A model generated the notes under the pieces. It saw nothing but the letters and a program-made list of their open reading frames with translations, ran no database searches and had not been told where the DNA came from. Source: Alphaproteobacteria bacterium (GTDB taxonomy: Bacteria > Pseudomonadota > Alphaproteobacteria > UBA828). Taken from it: a DNA stretch of 64,000 bases. The translations under genes and the position numbers were made by a program. Each line of letters begins with the position of its first letter. Position 1 is the stretch's first letter. Where the stretch lies: the NCBI GenBank assembly GCA_965214705.1, contig OZ243972.1, positions 928,001 to 992,000 of the forward strand. The letters run 5' to 3'. Shown here piece by piece: positions 54,766 through 62,863 of this stretch.

Positions 54766-55407
54766 ATGGGTGTCAAGGTGCTGTTTCTCGACTACGACGG
54801 CGTGATCGCCGACAGCATGGGGGCCAAGGCGGAGGCCTTGGCCGATGCCTTCGCGCCCTACACGGACGACCGCGCCGGGGTCGCTGACGGCTTCAGGCGC
54901 CACGCCGGGAGCGGCCGGGAGCTGATCTTCGACCGCATCTACGAGGACTTGATCGGCAAGCCGCTCGACGCGCCCACGCGCCAGCGCATCCTCGGCACGT
55001 TTCTCGACCGCATCGACGCGATCAACGCGGCCATCGGGCTCTTCCCCGGCGCCCACGCGTTTATCGAAGGCCAGGCAGCAAAGCGGCTCGTGGCGGTGGT
55101 GACGGGGGTGCCGCAGGAGGAGGCCGAGAGGCAGCTTGAGCGCCTGGGTCTCGCGCCGTTTCTCGCCTCGGTCCACGGAGCCACGCGCGGGACGCCGAAA
55201 CACATCCACATGGGGCGATTCCTGGAGGCCCGCGCCATTGCGCCTGCGGACGCGCTCTTCGTCGGCGATTCTCATGCCGACATGCGCGAGGCGGCGCTGG
55301 CCGACATCCCCTTCGTCGGCATCGGCGAGGCGGCGTTCTTCGCTCAAGGTGCGCCGCTCGCCGTGGTCCCCAGCCTGCCCGACCTCGCGCCGCTCATCGA
55401 CGGGTAA
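54766..55407 (+). CDS. HAD superfamily hydrolase
   Basis: LDYDGVIADS motif I, VVTG, PK, FVGDSHAD motif IV. Confidence 0.82.
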   Translation: MGVKVLFLDYDGVIADSMGAKAEALADAFAPYTDDRAGVADGFRRHAGSGRELIFDRIYEDLIGKPLDAPTRQRILGTFLDRIDAINAAIGLFPGAHAFIEGQAAKRLVAVVTGVPQEEAERQLERLGLAPFLASVHGATRGTPKHIHMGRFLEARAIAPADALFVGDSHADMREAALADIPFVGIGEAAFFAQGAPLAVVPSLPDLAPLIDG

Positions 55408-55672
55408 CACCCGATTTCATGATCTGTCCCACAAAGAAATTTTGAACGAAGCCGCTACGCGGAGTTAGCGGCGTAGAGTTCATTCATTTCCGAGGCGTCG
55501 CGGGTGCCGTTTGTTCTGTGCGTTCGCTTCCCGGTTGCGTCAGTGGCGCTCCGCCCGTCGGGTGGCGGATCCCCAGCAGCCTCCCGATCACCAGTGGTTA
55601 GCATCGACCCCTGCGACGGACCGTCGCCGGATCGGTCCGGCGGCGCGCCGTCGCGATCCAGGGAGATCGATA

Positions 55673-56551
55673 ATGACCGGGACCGCGTGCGACACGAACA
55701 CCGTCACCCCTCTTCGCCAGCGCATGGAGGAGCAGCTCCGCATCGCCAATCTGGCCGCGAGCACGTCCAAGGCCTACATCTGCGAGATCAAGAACCTGGC
55801 CAGGTACTACGACGCCTCGCCGGACGAGCTCGACGCCGAGCAGGTGCGCCAGTGGTACCTGGGGCGGATCGACAAGGGGCTCAGTCCGGGCACGACCAAC
55901 GTCTCCTTCGCCGCGCTGAACTTCCTCTACATCGACACACTCGGCTGGCCTGACCATGTCGCCGGCCTGCGCTCCCGCAAGAAGCCCGGCAAGCTGCCGC
56001 GCTACATGTCGGAGCAGGAGGTCGAGCACCTCATCCTTGCGACACCCGACCTCCGCCACCGTGCTGCCATTGTCACCGGCTATGGCGGCGGGCTCCGCAT
56101 CTCCGAGACCTTGGCCATCAAGGTCGGCGACATCCTGTCGGAGAAGAAGCTGCTGCACATCCCCTCCGGCAAAGGCGGCACCGAGAGAATGGCACCGTTG
56201 CCGGACATCGTCATCCACTACTTGCGCGTCTACTACAGGAACATCTGGCCGCGTCCGACGAACTGGCTCTTCTACGGCGTCTCGCTCGACAGGCCCATCG
56301 CAACGGAGACCTTGCAGGCCGCCTTCAGGAGGGCGCGCGACATTGCCGAGCTCGACCGCAGCTACACCTTCCATTGCCTGCGCCATTCGGCGGCGACCCA
56401 TCTCCTCGAGCGCGGCGGCGATATCGAGGTGATCCGGGACATGCTCGGCCATCGAAGCGCGAACACGACCCGTCACTACGCCCGCGTCACCGGCAAGATG
56501 TTCGAGGGCCTCGACCACCCGATCTCAGGCTTCGCAGCGTTGCGCAACTGA
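55673..56551 (+). CDS. Tyrosine recombinase / phage integrase family protein
   Basis: TPLRQRM N-terminus; catalytic R (GLRISE), K (GKGG), HxxR (HCLRH), H (LGH), Y (RHYA). Confidence 0.92.
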   Translation: MTGTACDTNTVTPLRQRMEEQLRIANLAASTSKAYICEIKNLARYYDASPDELDAEQVRQWYLGRIDKGLSPGTTNVSFAALNFLYIDTLGWPDHVAGLRSRKKPGKLPRYMSEQEVEHLILATPDLRHRAAIVTGYGGGLRISETLAIKVGDILSEKKLLHIPSGKGGTERMAPLPDIVIHYLRVYYRNIWPRPTNWLFYGVSLDRPIATETLQAAFRRARDIAELDRSYTFHCLRHSAATHLLERGGDIEVIRDMLGHRSANTTRHYARVTGKMFEGLDHPISGFAALRN

Positions 56552-56557
56552 CGGCGC

Positions 56558-57799
56558 GTGGAGGCCGAACGCGCGGGCGTGGCGGAGATCTTCCGCCGCG
56601 CCGGCGCCGCTTTCCGTGAGCGCCACAAAGGGCGCATCGACGCCGCCCGGCTCAAGGTCATGGGCGCCATCGAGGCGTGCCGCACCGCCGTGCTCGGCGG
56701 CCACATGTACGCCTGCGAGGGCTGCGGGCGCGAGCATCCGCTCTTCAACTCCTGCCGCAACCGCCACTGCCCCACCTGCCAGGGTCTCGCCGCCAACCTC
56801 TGGAGCGAGGAGCGCGCCGGGGACATCCTGCCGGTGCCCTACTTCCATGTGGTCTTCACCCTGCCCAAGGAGGTTGCCGCCATTGCCTTCTGCAACCGCA
56901 GGGTGGTGTTCGACATCCTCTTCCGGGCCGTCGCCGAGACCCTGCGCACCATCGCCGCCGATCCCCGCCACGGCGGCATGCGCATCGGCGGCACCGCGGT
57001 CCTCCATACCTGGGATCAGAAGCTCCGCTTCCACCCGCACCTGCACGTGGTCGTGCCCAACGCGGGCTTCGACGTAGACAGTGGCGAGTGGAAGACGGGG
57101 AGCACCACCTTCCTCGCCCCCGTCAAGGTCCTCGGCAGCCTGTTCCGCCGCCTCTTCCTCAAGGAGCTCGCCCGCGCCCACGGCCGGGGGGACCTGGAGT
57201 TCCACGGCACCCTCGCCCACCTCGCCAATCCCGGCGAGTTCCACGCCACGCTTGCCGCCGCCCGGGCCAGGGACTGGGTGGTCTACGCCAAGCGGCCCTT
57301 CCGCGGGCCTGAGCAGGTCTTCCGGTACCTCTCGCACTACACGCACAGGATCGCCATCTCCGACAGCCGCATCGTCTCCTTCGACGGCGAGACGGTCTCC
57401 TTCCGCCACCGAAAGCCCAAGGCGCCGGGGCAGAGAAAGCCGCGCTACGGCATCGCCACCGTGAGCGCCGACGAGTTCATCCGCCGCTTCCTGAGGCACG
57501 TCCTGCCGGACGGCATGCACCGCATTCGCTACTTCGGCATCCTCGCCAACGGCTGCCGCGCCAGCACGCTGGAGAGAGCACGCCAGGCTCTCGGCGCCCT
57601 CGGCTGCGCCGCCCCCGAGGGAAGCGTGGACGGCGCTCGGGCCGAGCCCGACGAAGAGCCCGAGATCGGCACCGCGCCCGTGGCCTGCCCCCACTGCGGC
57701 GGCGTCATGCGCCTCGTCCGCGAAATCCGCCGCCGCCATGAGCCCCGCTCGACGCGCGGCCCGCCGGCGCTGCCGCCGACCCACAGGGGGAAACCGTGA
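56558..57799 (+). CDS. IS91-family rolling-circle (Y2) transposase with zinc-binding domains
   Basis: CRT..LGG, CEGC, SCRNRHCPTCQ, HVVFTLP, HUH HPHLH, YLSHY (YxxxY), HVLP...RIRYFG, C-terminal CPHC. Confidence 0.93.
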   Translation: MEAERAGVAEIFRRAGAAFRERHKGRIDAARLKVMGAIEACRTAVLGGHMYACEGCGREHPLFNSCRNRHCPTCQGLAANLWSEERAGDILPVPYFHVVFTLPKEVAAIAFCNRRVVFDILFRAVAETLRTIAADPRHGGMRIGGTAVLHTWDQKLRFHPHLHVVVPNAGFDVDSGEWKTGSTTFLAPVKVLGSLFRRLFLKELARAHGRGDLEFHGTLAHLANPGEFHATLAAARARDWVVYAKRPFRGPEQVFRYLSHYTHRIAISDSRIVSFDGETVSFRHRKPKAPGQRKPRYGIATVSADEFIRRFLRHVLPDGMHRIRYFGILANGCRASTLERARQALGALGCAAPEGSVDGARAEPDEEPEIGTAPVACPHCGGVMRLVREIRRRHEPRSTRGPPALPPTHRGKP

Positions 57800-58061
57800 G
57801 ACGCCCGCTCGCTTCGGCCCCGCGCAACGGCGCCAAAGCGCCGACGCACGACCGAACCTGTCTCCGCTTGAGCCGGGCTGACAGCCCTCGGCTCACACCC
57901 CGCTCAGTCCTCGCAGCGTGCGCCCGCATGCCTGCCGAAAGACCGGCGCGAGCGTCGATTTTATGCGCAACTCTGCTGCCGGTGGATGCCGCCTGACGCT
58001 GACATCAGCGCACTTTCCACATAGCTCAACTTCGCCTCTCGTGGCCCGCGGCTTCGTTCAA

Positions 58062-58103
58062 AAGGGTTGGGCAGGCTCTCGAGAGAGAGCCTGCCCAACC
58101 CTT
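58062..58103. repeat. Perfect 19-bp inverted repeat with GAGA loop
   Basis: AAGGGTTGGGCAGGCTCTC-GAGA-GAGAGCCTGCCCAACCCTT. Confidence 0.9.
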
Positions 58104-58110
58104 AACCCTT

Positions 58111-58220
58111 TGGCGGCCTATTCCGGCCCACTCCGGCCCAAAGTGGCCCAAAGTGGCTCAAAGTGGTCCAAGACGGCTCCTCCCGATGCGGCTCATTCCG
58201 GCCCAAAGTGGCTCCTCCCG
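58111..58220. repeat. Degenerate 10-bp-period tandem repeat array (consensus about NNNNGGCYCA)
   Basis: tggcGGccta ttccGGccca ctccGGccca aagtGGccca aagtGGctca aagtGGtcca agacGGctcc [tcccg] atgcGGctca ttccGGccca aagtGGctcc [tcccg]. Confidence 0.85.
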
Positions 58221-58393
58221 ATCCACGGCCGTGGTGGGTTGCGCTGGCGACCGTACGAAGTGCGGCCGGCAAGCAACCGAACGACGGGCGCTCACCGCAT
58301 TTGCCTCGGCCTGTCACGGCCTGTCCGCTCTCGTGGGTCATGGCGCGATAATGGCGCGAACGCCGTGCGCCGTGCACCGCACCATGGTCCGGG

Positions 58394-60124
58394 CTATAGG
58401 ACTGGCACCGCCTGGCCAGAGCGCGGAGCGGTCAGGAAATCCAGATCGCAACCGCGATCCGCCTGCTCGACGTGGGCGAGATGCAGCGCGAGATAGCCGC
58501 GCTCGGCACCCGCCGGCGGGGGAGGGGGCTGCCAGGCCGCCCGGCGCGCATCCAGTGTCGCCTGCGGCACGTCCAGCGTGAGTGCACGGGCTGCCACGTC
58601 CAGCGTGATCGAATCGCCGCTCTCCACCAGCGCGAGCGGCCCGCCGATGGCGGCCTCCGGCGTCGCGTGGAGCACGATGGTGCCGAAGGCGGTGCCGCTC
58701 ATCCGCGCGTCCGAGAGCCGCACCATGTCGGTCACACCTTGGGTGGCGAGCTTGCGGGGAATCGGGATGTAGCCGGCCTCGGGCATCCCCGGCGCACCCT
58801 TGGGGCCCGCGTTGCGCAGCACCAGCACGTCCTCCGGCGTCACGTCGAGGGCGGGATCGTCGACCCGTGCCGTGAGGTCGGCGACGGAATCGAACACCAC
58901 CGCACGGCCGGAGTGCTGGCAGAGCGCGGGCGTCGCGGCCGATTGCTTGATGATGGCGCCGTCCGGCGCAAGGTTGCCGCGCAGCACCGCAATGCCGCCC
59001 TCGCGGTAGATGGGATCGTCGCGCTCCCGCACCACATCCTGGGGCCAGGCGTCGGGCGCCGCGGCGATCTCCTCGCCCAGCGTGCGCCCGGTCACGGTCA
59101 TACAGTCGAGATCGAGTTGATCGGCCAGCGCGCGCAACACCGGCGTGAGCCCGCCGGCCTTGTTCAGGTCCTCCATGTAGTGCCGGCCCGAAGGCTTGAG
59201 GTCGACCAGCACCGGGGTCTCACGGCTCAGCCGGTCCAGCCGACCCAGGTCGAGGTCGAAGCCGCAGCGCCCGGCGACGGCGGCGAGGTGGATCACCGCG
59301 TTGGTCGAGCCGCCCACCGCGAGCAGCACCGTGAGCGCATTGGTGAAGGCGGCAGGGGTGAGGATGCGCTCCGGCGTCAGTCCCTCGGCCGCGAGCGCCA
59401 CGGCGCGCGCCCCGCTCTCGCGTGCTATCCGCTGCCGGTCGGCGAGCACGGCGGGGATTGCGGCGCTCCCCGGCAGCATCATGCCGAGCGCTTCCGCCGC
59501 GCAGGCCATGGTGCTGGCGGTCCCCATCACCATGCAGGTGCCGGCAGACGGCATGAGCCGGCCGCCGACCTCGGCGATCTCGTCCTCGTCCACGCGGCCG
59601 CCCCGGTGGGCGCCCCAGTAGCGCCGGCAGTCAGTGCAGGCGCCGAGCCGCTCGCCCTTGTGGCTCCCGGTCAGCATCGGCCCCGTGACCAGCTGGATCG
59701 CGGGCACGCCCGCGCTTGCCGCCGCCATGAGCTGGGCCGGCACGGTCTTGTCGCAGCCGCCGATCAAGACCACCGCGTCGATGGGATGGGCGCGAATCAT
59801 CTCCTCCGTGTCCATCGCCATCAGGTTGCGGAAGAGCATGGTCGTCGGGTGCATGAAGGGCTCGCCGAGCGAGATCGTGGGGAAGGTCAGCGGCAGCCCG
59901 CCGGCGGCCGTCACCCCGCGCTCCACTGCCTCGATCAGGGCCGGCACCGTGCCGTGGCAGCTCACGAGGCCGCTCGCCACATTCGCGATGCCGATGACGG
60001 GGCGGTCCAGCTCGGCCTCGGTGTAGCCCATCGACTTGGCGAAGGCCTTGCGCAGGAAGAGCGAAAAGCCGGGATCGCCGTAGTCGGTGAGCTTGCGCCT
60101 GAGCCCGGCGGGCTTGTCGCTCAT
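58394..60124 (-). CDS. IlvD/Edd family dehydratase (probably sugar-acid dehydratase branch)
   Basis: SCHG, GGCDKT, GTCMVMGTASTM, GGSTNA, GPKGAPGMPE, SDARMSGT. Confidence 0.88.
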   Translation of the reverse strand: MSDKPAGLRRKLTDYGDPGFSLFLRKAFAKSMGYTEAELDRPVIGIANVASGLVSCHGTVPALIEAVERGVTAAGGLPLTFPTISLGEPFMHPTTMLFRNLMAMDTEEMIRAHPIDAVVLIGGCDKTVPAQLMAAASAGVPAIQLVTGPMLTGSHKGERLGACTDCRRYWGAHRGGRVDEDEIAEVGGRLMPSAGTCMVMGTASTMACAAEALGMMLPGSAAIPAVLADRQRIARESGARAVALAAEGLTPERILTPAAFTNALTVLLAVGGSTNAVIHLAAVAGRCGFDLDLGRLDRLSRETPVLVDLKPSGRHYMEDLNKAGGLTPVLRALADQLDLDCMTVTGRTLGEEIAAAPDAWPQDVVRERDDPIYREGGIAVLRGNLAPDGAIIKQSAATPALCQHSGRAVVFDSVADLTARVDDPALDVTPEDVLVLRNAGPKGAPGMPEAGYIPIPRKLATQGVTDMVRLSDARMSGTAFGTIVLHATPEAAIGGPLALVESGDSITLDVAARALTLDVPQATLDARRAAWQPPPPPAGAERGYLALHLAHVEQADRGCDLDFLTAPRSGQAVPVL

Positions 60125-60161
60125 GCTCGTCTCCGCAGGTGGGTGGGGAAGGCGCCGGCCG

Positions 60162-60932
60162 TCACTCGGGCACGAGCCCGCAGCTCACGCCGCCGTCGAT
60201 GGTGAGCGCGATGCCGGTGACCCAGCACGCCTCGTCCGAGGCGAGGTAGACGAAGCCGCCTGCGATATCCGCCGGATCGCCCACACCGAGCGGGTGCAGC
60301 CGCGCGAGCCGCTCCTTGAACCCCTCCGGGTCGTCCAGCTGGGAGAGGTGATAGTCCACCATCGGCGTCTGCACCCAGCCGGGGCAGACGCAATTCACCC
60401 TGATCTGGTCCTTGGCACCGTCCAGCGCCAGGCACTTGGTCAGCGTGACCACCGCGCCCTTGGAAGTGGCGTAGGCCACCTGCCCCGGCGTGCCGATCAG
60501 GCCGGCGACCGAGGCGGTGTTGAGGATCGCGCCGCCGCCGCGCTCGCGCATGTGGCCCCAGACCGCCTTGGCGCCCCGGTAGATGCTGGTGACGTTGACA
60601 TCCATCTGGCGGTCCCAGTCGGGGCGCTCGACCTCCTCCACGCTGCCGATCACGGCCTGGCCCGCGTTGTTGACGAGGATATCGACATGGCCGAGGGCCT
60701 CGATCGCGGCCGCCGCCATCCCCGTCACGTCGTCGTCCCGCATGACGTCGGCCTCGATGGCGACGGCGTTGCCGCCCGCCGCCTCGATCGCGCGCACGGT
60801 CGCGACGTTGTCGTCGGCGCTGAGCCCCGCGCAGGCCACCGCCGCGCCTTCCTTGGCGAAGCGGAGCGCCGTGGCGCGACCGATGCCCGAGCCTGCGCCC
60901 GTGACGATCGCGGTCTTGCCCGCAAGCCTCAT
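60162..60932 (-). CDS. SDR family oxidoreductase
   Basis: [24 protein letters not shown]; ATG 60932 after GGAG. Confidence 0.88.
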   Translation of the reverse strand: MRLAGKTAIVTGAGSGIGRATALRFAKEGAAVACAGLSADDNVATVRAIEAAGGNAVAIEADVMRDDDVTGMAAAAIEALGHVDILVNNAGQAVIGSVEEVERPDWDRQMDVNVTSIYRGAKAVWGHMRERGGGAILNTASVAGLIGTPGQVAYATSKGAVVTLTKCLALDGAKDQIRVNCVCPGWVQTPMVDYHLSQLDDPEGFKERLARLHPLGVGDPADIAGGFVYLASDEACWVTGIALTIDGGVSCGLVPE

Positions 60933-61051
60933 GTATCTCCGCCCGTCCTCATGGCCGGCGCAGGATAGCCCGGCGCCCCGGAGCCCGCGAGGGTTGACTC
61001 CGCGCCCCGCCAGCCGATAGGCCGGGCCGTGAACGGGACGGGTTGGAGGCG

Positions 61052-61864
61052 ATGAGGCTGGAGGGAAAGACCGCCATCGTGACCGGCGGCGGGCGCGGCA
61101 TCGGGCGCGAGATCGGCCGCCGCTTCGCCGCCGAGGGCGCGCACGTGCTGCTCGCCGATATCGACGGCGACCGCGCAAAGGCTGCGGCCGACGAGATCGT
61201 CTCCACTGGCGGACAAGCGACGCCCTGCACCACCGACCTTGGCCTGCCCGAGGGCGTGGGACACATGTTCAAGGCCGCCCGAGACTGCTTCGGCGACCGC
61301 CTCGACATCCTCATCAACAACGCCGGCATCGCCCATCACGGCGCCTTCCTCGAGCTTTCGTTCGAGGATTGGGAGCGCGTGCTGCGCAACAACCTGACCA
61401 GCGCCTTCCTCTGCGCGCAGGGGGCCGCCCGGATTATGGCGGCGCACGGCGGCGGGCGGATCGTCAACATCGGCTCGATCTCGGGCCAGCGCGGCAGCTA
61501 CGGGCGCACCGCCTACGGCGTCACCAAGGCGGGCATCCATCAGATGACGCGGATCATGGCGGTGGAGCTCGGCCCGCGCGGCATCGCCGTCAATGCCATC
61601 GCGCCCGGCCCCATCGACACCGGCATCACCAGCATGGGGCCGGATCAAGAACACCGATACCTGGAGCGGATCCCGCTGGAGCGTTTCGGCCATGCCCGCG
61701 ATGTTGCCGGCACGGCTCTCTTCCTCGCGAGCGACGAGGCGGCGTATCTTACCGGCAGCGTCGTCAACGTGGACGGCGGCTTCGACGCCGCCGGCCTCAT
61801 CTTCAGCTACACGGAACTCACCACGGTGAAGAGCGATGTCCGAGACTCCTCCAAGAGCGACTGA
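61052..61864 (+). CDS. SDR family oxidoreductase
   Basis: TGGGRGIG, NNAG, YGVTK, VNAIAPG. Confidence 0.88.
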   Translation: MRLEGKTAIVTGGGRGIGREIGRRFAAEGAHVLLADIDGDRAKAAADEIVSTGGQATPCTTDLGLPEGVGHMFKAARDCFGDRLDILINNAGIAHHGAFLELSFEDWERVLRNNLTSAFLCAQGAARIMAAHGGGRIVNIGSISGQRGSYGRTAYGVTKAGIHQMTRIMAVELGPRGIAVNAIAPGPIDTGITSMGPDQEHRYLERIPLERFGHARDVAGTALFLASDEAAYLTGSVVNVDGGFDAAGLIFSYTELTTVKSDVRDSSKSD

Positions 61865-61868
61865 GCCG

Positions 61869-62621
61869 ATGCGTATCAAGAATTGTGAGGCCTTCGTCAC
61901 CGGCGGCGCCGGCGGTATCGGCACGCCCCTGGTGGCGACGCTGGCCGCGCGCGGCGCCCGGCGCATTTACGCCGCGGACTTGCCGGCGGCGCTCGCGAAG
62001 GCGAGGTTTTCGGAAGGTGCGGGTGTGGAGCCGCTCGCCCTCGACGTGACCGACGAGACGGCGGTTCAACGCGCTGCGGAGCAGTGCGCGGGCGTGACAC
62101 TCGTCATCAACAACGCCGCCATCGTCGCCTGGGAGGGCGTGATGAGCGCGCCTACCCTCGCGACCGCACGCACCGTGTTCGAGATCAACTACTGGGGCTA
62201 TCTGCACGTGGCCCGCGCCTTCGCCCCGGTGCTGGCGCGGAACGGCGGCGGCGCGATGGCCAACGTGCTTTCCGAAGTGGCGCGGGTCAACGCGCCCTTC
62301 TGCGGCTCCTATTCTGCGAGCAAGGCGGCGGTCTGGTCCGCCACCCAGTGCATGCGGGCCGAGCTCGCTGCCCAGGGCACCCACGTGCTCGCGGTCTTCC
62401 CGAGTTCGACCGACACCCCGATGATTGCGGGATTCGGCGGCGAGAAGCAGCCGCCGGAAGCGGTCGCTGAGGGCATTTGCGACGCGCTAGAGGAAGGCGT
62501 GGAGGACGTCTGCATCGGCGCCCATTCGCTCTATACCGAGGCGCTAATGCGGAACGATCCCAAGGCTGGGGAGCACGAGTTCGGGGCCATGCTGCCCGGC
62601 GCCGACGCGATCCCCGATTAG
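61869..62621 (+). CDS. SDR family oxidoreductase
   Basis: TGGAGGIG, NNAA, YSASK. Confidence 0.85.
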   Translation: MRIKNCEAFVTGGAGGIGTPLVATLAARGARRIYAADLPAALAKARFSEGAGVEPLALDVTDETAVQRAAEQCAGVTLVINNAAIVAWEGVMSAPTLATARTVFEINYWGYLHVARAFAPVLARNGGGAMANVLSEVARVNAPFCGSYSASKAAVWSATQCMRAELAAQGTHVLAVFPSSTDTPMIAGFGGEKQPPEAVAEGICDALEEGVEDVCIGAHSLYTEALMRNDPKAGEHEFGAMLPGADAIPD

Positions 62622-62650
62622 ATTCGGCGTTTCGCGGGCGAGCGCCGGTT

Positions 62651-62851
62651 CCTTATTCAAATTTGAGGCCTAAAATTGAATAGCGTCGCGCGTTATCTAA
62701 GAAACTTGAATAAGGCGGTGGTAGCTCACCTGCCAGCGGTCGGCGACCTGGCGGACATTCCGGAATTGCTGGCGCAGCGGGCGGCGCGCTATTAAGTTTT
62801 AGCTGAAAAATCTTAATAATGCGGCGCGTCATTGAGCAAAATTGAATAAGG
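62651..62851. promoter_or_regulatory. AT-rich region with four copies of AAA(A/C/T)TTGAATA(A)G upstream of fic
   Basis: 62651-62664 (inverted), 62672-62683, 62702-62715, 62838-62851. Confidence 0.6.
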
Positions 62852-62863
62852 TGGGGGGGCGCC

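Larger units (their letters stand above)
55440..58063 (+). mobile_element. IS91-related element encoding a tyrosine recombinase and a Y2/HUH transposase, bounded by perfect 16-bp inverted repeats
   Basis: TTTTGAACGAAGCCGC (55440-55455) and GCGGCTTCGTTCAAAA (58048-58063); two co-oriented mobility genes; no target duplication seen; true ends may lie further out. Confidence 0.8.

Noticed and set aside
55408-55439. Target-site duplication or dif-like site at the element's left flank
   Set aside because: No matching direct repeat at the right flank and poor match to dif arms
58111-58220. Possible CRISPR array
   Set aside because: Units are 10 bp, contiguous and degenerate, with no unique spacers and no cas genes in the window
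57796-58581. Short ORFs across the element's right end and repeat array
   Set aside because: No SD or family motifs; they merely translate the hairpin and repeats
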